The notes under the pieces were generated by a model that was not told the origin of the DNA, searched no databases, and saw only the letters and a program-made list of their open reading frames with translations. A DNA stretch of 64,000 bases from Mobula hypostoma. Taxonomy: Eukaryota. The stretch spans positions 185,816,001 to 185,880,000 of the forward strand of contig NC_086097.1 of the NCBI RefSeq assembly GCF_963921235.1, read 5' to 3'. Position 1 is the first letter of the stretch; each line of letters opens with the position of its first letter. The position numbers were made by a program, and so were the translations under genes. Shown piece after piece: positions 12,492 to 26,540 of this stretch.

Positions 12492-14040
12492 GTCGCCGGG
12501 ACTGGATGAGATGTACCCCAGGCTACAGTGGGAGGCGAGGGAGGAGATTGCTGAGCCTCTAGTAATGATCTTTGCATCATCAATGGGGACGGGAGAGGTT
12601 CCGGAGGATTGGAGGGTTGCGAATGTTGTTCCTTTATTCAAGGAAGGGAATAGAGATAGCCCAGGAAATTATAGACCAGAGAGTCTTGCCTCAGTGGTTG
12701 GTAAGTTGATGGAGAAGATCCTGAGAGGCAGGATTCATGGCATTTGGAGAGGTATAATATGATTAGGAGTAGTCAGCATAGCTTTGTCAAGGGCAGGTCA
12801 TGCCTTATGAGCCTGATTGAATTTTTTGAAGATGTGACTAAACACATTGATGAAGGAAGAGCAGTAGATGTAGTGCATATGGATTTCAGCAAGACATTTG
12901 GTAAGGTACCCCATGCAAGGCTTATTGAGAAAGTAAAGAGGCATGGGATCCAAGGGGACATTGCTTTGTGGATCCAGAACTGGCTTGCCCACAGAAGGCA
13001 AAGAGTGGTTGTGGACAGGTCATATTCTGCATGGAGGTCGGTCACCAGTAGGGTGCCTCAGGGATCTGTTCTGGGACCCTTACTCTTCGTGATTTTTATA
13101 AATGACTTGGATGAGGAAGTGGAGGGATGGATTAGTAAGTTTGCTGTTGACACAAAGGTTGGAGGTGTTGTGGATAGTGCGGAGGGCTGTCAGACGTTAC
13201 AGTGGGACATTGAAAACTGGGCTGAGAAGTGGCAGATAGAGTTCAACCCAGATGAGTGTGAAGTGGTTCATTTTGGTAGGTCAAATATGATGGCAGAATA
13301 TAGTATTAATGGTAAGACTCTTGGCAGTACGGAGGATCAGCGGGATCTTGGGGTCCAAGTCCATAGGACGCTCAAAGCAGCTGCGCAGATTGACTCTGTG
13401 GTTAAGAAGGCATACGGTGTATTGGCCTTCATCAATTGTGGAATTGAATTTAGGAGCCGAGAGGTAATGTTGCAGCTATATAGGACCCTGGTCAGACCCA
13501 CTTAGAGTACTGTGCTCAGTTCTGGTCGCCTCACTACAGGAAGGATGTGGAAGCCACAGAAAGGGTGCAGAGGAGATTTACAAGGATGTTGTCTGGATTG
13601 GGGAGCATGCCTTATGAGAATAGGTTGAGTGAACTCGGCTTTTTCTCCTTGGAGCGACGGAGGATGAGATGTGATCTGATCTGACAGAGGTGTATAAGAT
13701 GATGAGAGTCATTGATCGTGTGGATAGTCAGAGGCTTTTTCCCAGGGCTGAAATGGTTGCCACAAGAGGACACAGCTTTAAGGTGCTGGGGAGTAGGTAC
13801 AGAGGAGATGTCAGGGGTAAGTTTTTTACTCAGAGAGTGGTGAGTGCGTGGAATGGGTTGTCAGCAACAGTGCTGGAGGTGGATATGATAGGGTCTTTTA
13901 AGAGACTTTTAGATAGGTACTTGGAGCTTAGTAAAATAGAGGGCTGTAGGTAGGCCTAGTAATTTCTAAGGTAGAGACATGTTCGGCTCAACTTTGTGGG
14001 CCGAAGGGCCTGTATTGTGCTGTAGGTTTTCTATGTTTCT
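12492..14040 (+). mobile_element. 5'-truncated CR1 LINE (RT plus 3' tail) with a few frameshifts
   Basis: ORFs 12511..12762, 12744..13505 and 13690..13953 carry VPEDWRVANVVPLFK, VPQGSVLGP and FFTQRVV. Ends ttttctatgtttct. Confidence 0.93.
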
Positions 14041-14799
14041 ATTACTTTAAGTTATTCTTAATGATTAGTTAATTGTTCCTTGATTATAAACTCTGGCATC
14101 TTCCTAGCAATAGATGGTAAACTAACTAACCAAACACTTTTCTGCTTTTTTTCTTCTTCCTTGTTAATATTATTATATTAAATATATGTTATCATAAAAC
14201 CTTCCTCCATGGAGTCACCCAAATGAATAGGATCATCATTCAATGCTTACCACCTAGTGCAGAGCTGAAGGGTAGATACAAATATGCAAGAACAGTTGAA
14301 CATGCCATCAATTGTGCTCCAGCTTCACATGGACTTCCAACTCTCACCATGTATTTGTACAAGTCTAAAATTGCTGGCTATGATCAGAGATAGCCAACAA
14401 TTCCTTTCCAGTTGGACAAAAAAATCAACTTTCAAGTAAACATAACTAGTGGAATGTCACAACTATGAAACTTGCCCATTTACATTTAATTTTAATGAAT
14501 TAGGTGAGTGAATTTGAGTGTAATGTACCCATGTATTTTGAGTATATAAACCCAGACAGGAAATTAAGTTGCAAAGAGGACAAAGAGTTCACCAAAGGAT
14601 ATAGAAAATTAAATTATTAAGAAGTAGCAAATGTCGTAAATATCTGTAGAATTAGTCACGTAAGTACAAAGAACTGAAAGACAATATTTTTCAAGGGCGA
14701 GAGTAAGCATTGATATTTAGTGGGTTTGAAATTGATTTTTCAGAGAATACAACTAGAGTTATGTACTCCAGATGTGGCCTCCTCACTAAAAGAAAGATA

Positions 14800-15430
14800 C
14801 AATGAATTCTGATTAATTAGTCCATCTGTTAATTGGGGTAGCCACTTATTTGGGACAACTTTTAAAGAACAAAAGCTAATCGAGAAAATAGCTGGGATTC
14901 CCTTCATTTATTTGGAACACTATACCACTTAATTAGGTACAGGAGTGTGTTGCCAAACAGTTTCTAACTAGCAACACCCACAAAGTACTGGAGGAATTCA
15001 GCAGGCAGCCTAGTATCAGCCATATGAACTTGTGTGACTGTTAGACACCACAACATGCTTAGAGTGAAGTTTTTAAATAGAGTCAGTTGTATGTGTTTGT
15101 GTTCTAAAAGCAGTGATTTTTGTCATTGATAGTTGGCAAAAAACAAGTAGTAAGACAATTTAGATTAGTTTTGCTCACTGCAGTATCAAGCATTCAGACT
15201 TGGAGATACCAAAAACAGCTGAGAGTAAAAATGAAACGATTTCACTACTTCAACAAGTTAGGAACTACATAGAATTGAAGGCATCGACAATCATTTTGAA
15301 TGTTACAATGAAAACGAAGACTTGGAGGATGCAATTGTCAAAAGCATTGTATGAACTGGTCCATTAACTGCACAAGACATCTGCACTAATTTTGTTCACT
15401 TACAGTTAATCAAAAGAACATGGCAGTGTA
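14800..15430 (+). mobile_element. Tigger/pogo-like (Tc1/mariner superfamily) non-autonomous DNA transposon, left part
   Basis: Decayed TIR caatgaattctgattaatt after TA, and a C-terminal transposase-like relic (GIDNHFECYNENEDLEDAIVKSIV) at about 15280-15350. Confidence 0.6.
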
Positions 15431-15866
15431 TTGGTTGTCCATTGTATCTGACAATGACAATGAAACCTGTGCAGGTGAGTTTTTCAGGTGGGGCAGCCAT
15501 TGCACTGGGGCAGTTCCACTTTCTTGACCTCAGAAGTCCTGCTCGAATGGTACGAATAGTTGTCACAAACCGGGATCTTCCTTGGTTGCAGTAAATTACC
15601 ATGACTTGTTTTGTGCCTTATCATGCCCTTCACTCTCCACAAAGCATTGAAGAACCACCTTTTTAATTGTTGGATCTCACTGTTGATCTCATCTGTCCAG
15701 TTTGCCAGGCTGACTTCACATACCTGGACAGGCATGTCCCTATTTCACCAGTTACCCTCACCTAGCAGCTCACTCACCTTTTGTCCCCACCGGACACAGG
15801 TGAGATCTGAGTGTCTGGTGGGGACAAAAGGTGGGTGAGCTGCTCCGGAATGGATATGACAAGCCC

Positions 15867-16263
15867 TGTAGCAGTTGCTTGAAAACAATTCTAAATCACT
15901 GAGAAACTGAGTGTTGGAATCAACAGTAAATGACATGCTTCCAAATAAATGAGTTCCAAGTTGAAAAAAGGTATGTTTGATCCTTTATTACAAAACCAGC
16001 AAAGACAAACAATCTTAGCAACAAAAAAAACTAACAAAACTAAATTAGCAAAGTAACAGATAAGAGTTCAAATTAGCGATTAACAAAAAAATATCCATTC
16101 CCCGGCTGCCTCCAGCAAACAACTAACTGTGGGTGAATACGTGCCTATGCTCAGTTGCTTCTACTACGCCCTAACTCATGTGACAAATTACAGTAATCCA
16201 TATTAAACATACAACACAAAATAGAACACTGACAGACAAAAAAATAGATACATGGCTCCTATA
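15867..16263 (-). repeat. BEL/Pao 3' LTR with adjacent polypurine tract
   Basis: tgtagcagttgctt...catggctcctata on the plus strand. PPT GGGGCTGGGA on the minus strand at 16264-16273. Confidence 0.88.
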
Positions 16264-17014
16264 TCCCAGCCCCTAAATATTACACTATAATTAATTACAA
16301 CTACATACTACAAAATAGGAGACATGAAATCTTCAAGGATAAGCATCTTAATATTTATGCAAATTACTTCTTTCTCCTTCAAGTCAAGTTGTGTAACAGT
16401 CAGTTAGGCCAGAAGTTACCAGCATTTAGCCCAGTACAGAGTGATCTTTACCACTATTCTCTGTCAAGTCAGTAAATCAAGTCAAAGTAATTGAAGCTTT
16501 CTGAGCTGTAGCTCCTCAAACCTCCACCTCCTCTAAAAGACAAACTTTGGTTATAGAGACAACTGGTTTTGGTCTTGTACACCTGCCGCACAAATTGTCT
16601 TCAGTCTGGAAAGACTTGAATAACTTTTCCCATGATCCATGCATTTCGAGGCTCTGAGTCATTAACTATAAGCACTATGTTATCTAGGAGGAAATTGCAT
16701 TTTACACCTGACCATTTCTGATGTTTGTGTAACTGCAGTAAGTACTCCTTGACGCACCATTTCCAAAACAAGTTTGACATGTATTGGACCTGCTTCCATC
16801 TATGATCAGCATAAATTTCTTCCTTTTGGAACTCTGATGGTGGTAAGGATGGCGAGGTCTTCAGAAGCAACAGTTGGTTGGGTATTAATGCTTCCAAATC
16901 ACTGGGACCAAAGAATTCCTTAGTAATTGGATGACAATTGATAATAGCTTCTACTTCACAAAAGGCTATGTGGAATCAGAATCAGGTTTAAAATCTGATT
17001 GGATTTTAATCATG

Positions 17015-18652
17015 ATTTGCAGATTGATTGGCATCTGCGAACAGCTTGAGCTAGCGTCGGGGGCCAGGGTCAACCGCACGAAGAGCAAAGCCATGCTCTT
17101 CGGCAACTGGCCCGACTGGTCCAGTGTCCCCTTCACCATCAGGTCTGACCACATGAAGGTGTTGGGGATCTGGTTCGGAGGGGCCGGGGCATGCAACAAG
17201 AACTGGCAGGAGCGGACTGCCAAGGTGAAACAGAAACTGGGACTGTGGGGAGGGCACTCCCTATCCATAACGGGCAAGAACCTGGTCATCAGGTGTGAGG
17301 TGCTCTCAGGGCTCCTGTACTTGGCACACATGTGGTCCATGCCCCGCTCCTACAGCTTGGAAATCACCCAAGCCGTCTTCAGATCCGTCTGGGGATCCAA
17401 GATGGAGCGGGTCAGACGGACCGTCATGCACAAGTCCCTGGACAATGGGGGCAAAAACGTCCCCAATGTCACCCTCAGCCTGATGGCCAGCTTCGTGTGT
17501 GGCTGCATCAGGCTGTGCGTGGATCCCAGATACGTTGGCACAAAGTACCACTATGTTCCCTGGTTCTACCCGTTGCCCTGGCTACAAAGGATGGGTCTGG
17601 CCCCTTTCCCATGCAACACCCCTGTCAGCTGGTCATTGCCTCCATGCCTGTCCTTCGTAGAAAAGTTCTTCAAGGCCAACGCATTTGACCACAAGGCAAT
17701 TAGACAGTGGTCGGCACGTACCGTCCTGCAGGCACTGCAGGAGAAGGACGTGATGGACACAGTGGGGTGGTTCCCTGAGCAGACTGTCCAGTATATCTGG
17801 CAAATTTCCTCATCGCCAGACCTCACCAACAGGCACAAAGACCTCGCCTGGCTGGCGGTGAGAGGGGCCCTCCCAGTCAGATCCCTCCTGTACGTCCGGA
17901 ACGGTGCCTCCACGACCTGTTGCCCACGGCAGGACTGTAATGGGGTGGAGTCGGTAGCTCACCTCTTTGCACACTGTGGGTTCGTGAAGAAGGTGTGGAG
18001 GAGAATGGAAGGGACGGTGTTAAGACTCATGTCCAGTAGCTGCGTTACCGAGGACTCCATGATCTACGGGCTGTTCCCGGGGACGCACACGAAGACAAAC
18101 ATCCAGTGCTGCTGGCAGATCATCGATTCGGTGAAAGACACTCTTTGGTCAGCCCGAAACTTGGTGGTCTACCAGCACATGGAGATGTCGGTGACTGAAT
18201 GCTGCCGACTGGTTCACTCGCGCCTGCAGGAGTACGTGCTGAGGGATGCACTCAAGCTTGGTGCGGCCACCGCGAAGCCCCGGTGGGGAAGGACCACAGT
18301 TTAAGGTTCGTCACCCGCGGGAGTGGGAGGGGTTGGGTGTGGATAGATGAATCAACATGGTGCCCCAGAAGTGGCTGGAATTGTAACTTCGGAAAAGGAA
18401 TTAGAGCAAACACCTGTTTTTTATTGTTAATAATTTTATTGTAAATGAGTCTTAATTCTTGACTAAGGGTTGAGAGTAAACGAACGATTTATTGTAAACA
18501 TCTTTCATTTGTATATGGACTGAGAGTCAACGCATAATTTTATTGTAAATAACTTTATTTATTGAATAAGGACTCAGAGTCAATGAATGATTTTTTATGT
18601 AAATAACTTTATTTTGTAATATTTCTGAATAAAGTATTTTTGGAGAAAAAAA
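17015..18652 (+). mobile_element. Tx1-like (L1 clade) LINE, 5'-truncated, nested in the BEL integrase
   Basis: ORF 16931..18304: ASGARVNRTKS, KVLGIWF, SLSITGKNLVI, and zf-RVT-type CPRQDC..ESVAHLFAHC. AT-rich 3' UTR with AATAAA and an A tail at about 18628-18652. Confidence 0.88.
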
Positions 18653-20494
18653 TCCACTCAATTCCTTTCTAAAGAAGGACATCACTGATCCATGAATAAT
18701 TCCACTTCTCAATGGCTTCTGGCAGCTCACATCCAGCTCCAACAAAAGTTAGTCATTATCAGCACAGGTCACGAACCTGTCCTCATCTTGCTACAAAACA
18801 TCAAAGTGCATTAACAAAGGAATTTGTGTCTAAACAAAATGCCCCTTTAATGTGAACAGTTAATATAGCTAGGCAGGTAAATACGATCCCATACCTCTTT
18901 ACTGTACTCCTCCTCTTCACCTCAAAGAGTTCAAAGTTGTCCACTCCTACACATTTGAATGAAGGTTCATATGGAGTAACCCTGTCCAGAGCTAGATCTG
19001 CCATGTGCTGGCACCCTGGAACTGTGTGCAACTATTGACAAACAACGCACTTAGGCAGGATTCTTCTTCTAGCTGTACTAGCACCGTGAATCTAGTATTT
19101 TTGGCACAACCTGGACAACATGGTTATAGCCATCATGTCTCACCTCTAGATGTCTATGCCTCAGAATAATATCTGAGGTATAGAAATCCTTTGCCAGAAT
19201 GACAGGATGTCTTGACTCTTCAGTCTACTAAACCTTCACCAACTCTCAAGGCACTATCTTTAAGTACTGGATTGAATTTGAAAATATGGCTGTTTCTTTT
19301 TGCACTTTCTCCCATTTGCAAACTTGAGAATTCATCCGGATATCTCTTTCTTTGGCAAAGCCCAATGATCTCCATTTCAGCCTTTCTGAGCTCTTCCATC
19401 AATAGACAACTTGGGCCAATCTGACCTTTGGCTTGTTCAATCTCTCTCTCCCTTATTGTTCTTCATCCAAGTCAGACTAAGCAAGACTGATGCTCAATTG
19501 CTTTCTCTACCAATTAAGAAATGAGAGCAGGTTTTTAAATTTAAGAATCCAGGCCTCTGTCTTCTTCAAATGGGTCTAAGACGAGAAGAGATGGATTATT
19601 CATGTTACCGCATCTATCTCCTCTTCAATCTGCATGGCATTCATTATAACACTTCTCTTGACTTCCAGATTTTAATGCAGGAGTTCTCCAGAACAATCAG
19701 GATTCACAGGCCATTCCTTTTCAGGCTGACTAAGATACCAATGCCACGACACCCATGATTCATTCTTCTGGAATGCTTTCACCTTCAATCCTCTGGAGGC
19801 CACATTTGCTGGATTGTTTGAAATTGAAATGCCTGTGAAACTTAAGAATTTCTGCAACTGTCTTTGCAACAAAGGTTCAGAACCTAGAAATTTCATTCCT
19901 GTTTTATTTCAGCACAGAACTACTATCAATCCAAAAAACAGAGTCATGACACTGCATGTGCAACTTCTTCCTCCACAATGTGCCCATATGGTTTACCATC
20001 ATAGCAGCAGTGAACTCCATATGATAGATGGAAACTGACTTCAATAGAGCTACTGTAGATTTTCCCATGATAAAAGCACTGTGCACATGAAAATGTGTGT
20101 TGTGCAACAATAGGTAGTTCACTACTCCATACCATCTTCACTTGTGTCAGTAAAGTTGTGTAACTGTGTAGGAGTGACTTCTCCAAACTCCATGGGCTTC
20201 AAACATCTGACAACCTTGAAGTCCTCCAGCTGGCAGAATTCTTCTTCCAACCAGCTTGTGTACTTATGAGCAACTGATGTCGGTATAGTGTCATCCCAGC
20301 CAAGGCCTTTCTTACATGGATCTTGTAGGATCTTCTTAGCAGATAGCACCTCTGGACTCGAGATTCTCAAAGTATAATAGATGGGACAAACTGCGGTGAA
20401 GATCCTTCTTTTGGTGAGTGGTCTATCTTGGATCATGATGTTCAACTTATCCACTTTGTAAGTCAAAAGCCGCCTTTAGCACAAGGTCATGATA

Positions 20495-20807
20495 GCACAA
20501 GGGTCACAGTTTGAGGATAAAGAGGAAGCCTTTTAGGACCGAGATTAGGAAAAACTTCTTCACACAGAGAGTGGTGAATCTGTGGAATTCTCTGCCACAG
20601 GAAACAGTTGAGGCCAGTTCATTGGCTATATTTAAGAGGGAGTTAGATATGGCCCTTGTGGCTATGGGGGTCAGGGGGTATGGAGGGAAGGCTGGTGCAG
20701 GGTTCTGAGTTGGATGATCAGCCATGATCATAATAAATGGCGGTGCAGGCTCGAAGGGCCGAATGGCCTACTCCTGCACCTATTTTCTATGTTTCTATGT
20801 TTCTATG
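20495..20807 (+). mobile_element. CR1 LINE 3' end nested in BEL pol
   Basis: RKNFFTQRVVNLWNSLPQ and (TTTCTATG)3 tail. Same subfamily as 1512-2827. Confidence 0.92.
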
Positions 20808-23019
20808 ATAGAGAGACACTGCTTCTTTCTCAGAGGGCACTGATACAAGGCAGTCATCAACATAGAAGCAATGCAAAACCTTATCCACTGTTTCTCAGCT
20901 GAACTGTTCTTTATTGCCTTCTGTGCATTTCCTAAGGGCAAAGTTGAAACAGTTCAGAGATAAAGTTACTTTCAAGCGACGTACTACATTTCTAAAGTCC
21001 ACCGTATCTTCACTGAGGTCACCACCAGGCTCGTCATGGTGAAATCAGTTTCGTTCTTCTGCACCTGACAAATGACTGAACCCAGATGTGGAAGAACAAA
21101 AGGCTCCCATGTTGAGACAGAAATAAGAGTTCATACATAAGAATTCCAACCGAATATTGTTTGCTTGACAAAGTGACACCGTTAGCCAAATCATTCTCAA
21201 AACAGACAAGGACCCCACAATCTGCGCTAATTTGGAATCTAATTTAAATAAACACAGTACGCTGAAAACCCATGCCACTCAAAATAAACTTGACAAAATT
21301 AAACAGAAAGTATAAGGGCTTAACAACTCTAGATAAGATATCAATTAACAAATGCAAGTGCAAGGTTGGCAAGGCTTATGACATCATCAGAGAAACCTCA
21401 GCAGATCTGCATCTTCTGCTGGAACTTTAACCTGGTGAAACTTTGATTCAATATCTGCCATGGTCACCAATGTTACTTTTCTGAATCTGGTTATGACTCC
21501 GGTCAATGAGTTAGTAAGAGTTGGTCCCTGTAAAAGCTGAGCATTAAGTGATATTCCCTGAAAAGTTGCTCTACGGTCAAACACAAAATGAAGTTTCCCT
21601 TTTTGAGGATAATAAACACCATGATGTGGAATATAACAATCTTTCCCATCACTGCAATCCAGATCCTCTGCTGGCACTCTTTTGGCATAACCTTTGCTGA
21701 TGACATCCTCCATTAAAGCTGTGTAGTCAGTGTGAAATGACATATCCTTCTTAAATATCTTCCTTAGAGTTGGAGCATGCTGTTCTGCAATCTTCCTGTT
21801 ATTTGGCATATTAACCTCCTTCTTTCTGAAAGGTAAACTAATCGGGTAGTGGCTATCCATCAATTTTGCAGAATTTATAACCAGCTCTATGAACTTGTGG
21901 TCCTTACTTGACAAACCAGGTTGTTCATCCTGACTGCATTCAGGGAAGTCTGCTTTGAACTGCCGCTGCTAAAACTGATCCAAGTTCAAAACTATGACCC
22001 TGTTAACTTTCAGCTCAGGCTGCGCACAGTCTCTCCCATCACCATTTTCTACTTTCAGTGGTCCTCTTACAGTCCAACCCACCATTGTTCTAATTGCATA
22101 AGGTCCACTATTGACACTGTGAATCACTTGCAGCAGTTCCAATGCTTCAGGCACATTCATCCTATCAGTGGCTCAATTTCTGAATCAATATCTGAAATAT
22201 AGATGTGTTTCAGGTGAGACCATCCCTGGAGATCCCTCTGTTATGGATTGTTCCCTTCAAGGACAAGCATACTTTCTAGTGTAAAATGTTGGGTAATTCA
22301 CAATAGTTCTCACCATCCAAGCCAGCCACTTCCAATCTTGATACAATGTAGCTGCTCATGGCTTTCTCTTCACTCATGGTGCATAAGAGAATGTGTATCC
22401 TTTTTCTTGTAAAGTTGAGCTTGTTCATGAGGCCCACAATGCCTAAAGCATTGGAGCTGTTGCAGAAAGTAGCTGTACTTCCTCAGTCTAGGAAAGCATA
22501 AGTAACCACTGTCGTGTTACCCTTCTTAGACTTCACTTGTACTGGAATTATGGAGGGTTTATAACCATAAACTACTCACTGCAAAGTCTGATCCTTTCAA
22601 GGCTTGTTTTGATTCTGCACCCTCTTTGTTAGAATGAATATGAAGTACGCTGGGATGCTTGCCATCACATACCTTGCATGAAAGATGCTTCCTGCAATCC
22701 TTGCTGATGTGTCCTGTACACAAACAGTCAAAACAGATGCCATTTTCCTTTAGGAAGGCAGTCTTCTCAATATGAGCCCCTTTTTCCAGTTGAGGGCACA
22801 CATCCAGTGCCTGTTCAACCTCACAGATCAAACAAACCCTTTTGGCTGACAAGACTATTTCCCTTCTATTAGTTCCAGGTGGCCACAGTAGTGGCAAAGC
22901 TACTTCCGTTAGCCTTAGAACAAAGTCGTGACTTAGTTTTGTTTACACCTTTACTAATAGCCAGTGATGGAACATCCTGTCCTGTATATTCCCAAATATT
23001 GAGTCTGTTGCAATCCTTA

Positions 23020-23708
23020 TTTAAACATTATGCAATGTTTAGTGGTCATTTCAACCATACATGAATACAGCCAGATTTAACAGTATTACTATGAGGTCAG
23101 GGTGCAAAACACAGTACAGTCAGATACAGCACAAAGGACACATTAGATACACAAAAAAATTATATCACTATCACTCGATAAAAGAGTCCAAAGAAAACCT
23201 TACACTATCAATCAACAGTCAACTACAAGAGAGCCTGACTCCTCCAGCCCTACTACACCCCCTCCCCACCCCGGCCACTGCAGCTTGAGGCCCAGACATT
23301 CACATACAAGACTACAAGCCCATATAAAATATCAGGAAAAAAGATACAACCACACAAGATACCTATTGAAAGCTTCAGATGTCCACAACAGCCCCTGTGG
23401 AGCTCACTGGCCCCAATGCCCTCCCCCCATTTGATACCGCAGCTTGTGGCCTAGTCCTTGCATATACAAGATAACAAGCTGATATACACTTTGTAGAATA
23501 TCAGTAAAAATACAACCACACAAACAAAACATGTATTTAGTCAAGACCCTTAGTCCAATGAAATCTTCAGTTGACCACAAAAGAGCTTGTCTTCAGCTGA
23601 GCGAATACTGTGGGCAGAGCCCCGACTCCAGCCCCTACGAGAGTCAACACTTTGGCAGGTGTGTCCAACTCACGCATGTACTGCACTTCTTCCATGGCAT
23701 TGCAACAG
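23020..23708. mobile_element. Unclassified interspersed repeat inserted in BEL gag (probably resumes at about 26541-26638)
   Basis: Interrupts gag-like sequence, has different composition and no coding motif. Confidence 0.4.
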
Positions 23709-26540
23709 ACATAGAAACAAAGAAAACCTACAGCATAATACAGGCCCTTCAGCCCACAAAGTTGTGCCGAACATGTCCCTACCTTAGAAATTACTAGGCT
23801 TACCTATAGCCTTCCATTTTACTAAGCTCCATGTACCTATCCAAAAGTCGCTTAAAAGACCCTATTGTATCTACCTCCACCACCGTTGCCAGCAGCCCAT
23901 TCCACGCACTCACCACTCTCTGAGTAAAAAACCTACCCCTGACATCTCCTCTGTACCTACTCCCCAGCACCTTAAACCTGTGTCCTCTTGTGGCAACCAT
24001 TTCAGCCATGGGAAGACGCCTCTGACTATCCACATGATCAATGCCTCTCATCATTTTATACACCTCTATCAGGTCATCTCTCATCCTACGTCACTCCAAG
24101 GAGAAAAGGTTGAGTTCACTCAACCTATTCTCATAAGGCATGCTCTCCAATCCAGACACCAACCTTGTAAATCTCCTCTGCACCCTTTCTATGGTTTCCA
24201 CATCCTTCCTGTAGTGAGGTGACCAGAGCTGAGCACAGCACTCCAAGTGGGGTCGGTAGCTGCAACATTACCTCTCAGCTCCTAAATTCAATTCCACGAT
24301 TGATGAAGGCCAATACACCGTACGCCTTCTTAACCACAGAGTCAATCTGCACATCTGCGTTGAGCGTCCTGTGGACTTGGACTCCAAGATCCCGCCGATC
24401 CTTCGTACTGCCAAGAGTCTTACCATTAGTAGTTTATTCTACCATCATATTTGACCTACCAAAATGAACCACTTCACACTAATCTGGGTTGAACTCAATC
24501 TGCCACCTCTCAGCCCAGTTTTGATCCCTATCAATGTCCCGCTGTAACCTCTGACAGCCCTCCACACTATCCACAACACCTTCAACCTTTGTGTCATCAG
24601 CAAACTTACTAACCCATCCCTCCACTTCCTCATCTAGGTCATTTATAAAAATCACAAAGAGTAAGGCTCCCAGAACAGATCCCTAAGGCACACCATTGGT
24701 CACTGACCTCCATGCAGAATATGACCCGTCTATAACCACTGTTTGCCTCCTGTGGGCAAGCCAGTTCTGGATCCACTAAGCAATGTCCCTTTGGATCCCA
24801 TACCTCCTTACTTTCTCGGTAAGGCCTGCATGGGGTACCTCATCAAATGCCTTGCTGAAATCCATGTACACTACATCTACTGCTCTTCCTTCATCAGGAT
24901 CTTCTCCATCAACTTACCAACCACTGAGGTAAGACTCACTGGCCTATAATTTAGTCATAGTCATACTTTATTGATCCCGGGGGAAATTGGTTTTCATTAC
25001 AGTTGCACCATAAATAATTAAATAGTAATAAAACCATAAATAATTAAATAGTAATATGTAAATTATGCCAGAAAATAAGTCCAGGACCAGCCTACTGGCT
25101 CAGGGTGTAGACCCTCCAAGGGAGGAGTTGTACAGTTTGATGGCCACAGGCAGGAATGACTTCCTATGACGCTCTGTGTTGCATCTCGGTGGAATGAGTC
25201 TCCGGCTGAATGTACTCCTGTGCTCAACCAGTACAGTATGTAGTGGATGGGAGACATTGTCCAAGATGGCATGCAACTTGGACAGCATCCTCTTTTCAGA
25301 CACCGCCGTCAGAGAGTCCAGTTCCATCCTCACAACATCACTGGCCTTACGAATGAGTTTGTTGATTCTGTTGGTGTCTGCTACCCTTAGCCTGCTGCCC
25401 CAGCACACAACAGGAAACATGATCGCACTGGCCACCACAGACTCATAGAACATCCTCAGCATCATCCGGCAGATGTTAAAGGACCTCAGTCTCCTCAGGA
25501 AATAGAGACGGCTCTGACCCTTCTTGTAGACAGCCTCAGTGTTCTTTGACCAGTTCAGTTTATTGTCAATTCGTATCTCCAGGTATTTGTAACCCTCCAC
25601 CAAGTCCACACTGACCCCAGTGAAACAGGGGTCACTGGTGCCTTAGCTCTCCTCAGGTCTACCACCAGCTCCTTAGTCTTTTTCACATTAAGCTGCAGAT
25701 AATTCTGCTCACACCATGTGACAAAGTTTCCTACCGTAGCCCTGTACTCAGCCTCGTCTCCCTTGCTGATGCATCCAACTATGGCAGAGTCATCGGAAAA
25801 CTTCTGAAGATGAAGATTTCCTGGGTTATCTCTACTCTCTTTTTTGAATAAAGGAACAATATCCGCAACCCTCCAATCCTCTGGAACCTCTCCTGTCCCC
25901 ATTGATGATGCAAAGATCATTGCCAGATGCTCAGCAATCACCAAGATCCTTTTCCATAGTGAATATTGAAGTAAAGTATTCATTAAGTACCTCTGCTATT
26001 TCCTCCATTTCCATACACACCTTCCCACTGTCACACTTGATAGATCCTATTCTTTCACGTCTTATCCTCTTGCTCTTCATATACTTGTAGAATGCTTTGG
26101 GTTTTCTTTAATTCTGCCCGCCAAGGCCTTCTCATGGCCCCTTCTGGCTCTCCTAATTTCCTTCTTAAGCTTCTCCCTGTTAGCCTTATAATCTTCTAGA
26201 TCGCTAACATTACCTAGCTCTCTGAACCTTTTGTAAGCTTTTCTTCTTGACTAGATTTATTACAGCCTTTGTACACCAAGGTTCCTGTACCCTATCATAA
26301 CTTCCCTGTCGCATTGGAACGCACCTATGCAGAACTCCACACAAATATCCTCTGAACATTTGCCACATTTCTTCCATACTTTTCCCTGAGAACATCTGTT
26401 TCCAACTTAAGCTTCCAATTTCCTGCCTGATAGCCTGATAATTCCCCTTACTCCAATGAAATGCTTTTCTAACTTGTCTGTTCCTATCTCTCTCCAATGC
26501 TACTGTAAAGGAGAGAGAATTATGATCACTATCTCCAAAC
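23709..26540 (-). mobile_element. CR1 LINE (endonuclease end to 3' tail, deleted) nested in BEL
   Basis: FGDSDHNS endonuclease motif (26210..26584), RT pieces, ORF 23800..24084 C-terminus, tail at about 23709-23730. Confidence 0.9.
24953..25815 (-). mobile_element. Rex1/Babar-type LINE 3' part nested in the CR1
   Basis: QKFSDDSAIVGCI..LNVKKTKELVVDLR, YKYLEIRIDNKLNW, RLYFLRRLRSF. (CTATGA) tail and ATTT duplicated at both junctions. Confidence 0.85.

Noticed and set aside
16931..18304. 457-aa ORF as a domesticated gene
   Set aside because: It is a 5'-truncated Tx1 ORF2 lacking the RT catalytic core. Its ATG comes from antisense BEL sequence.
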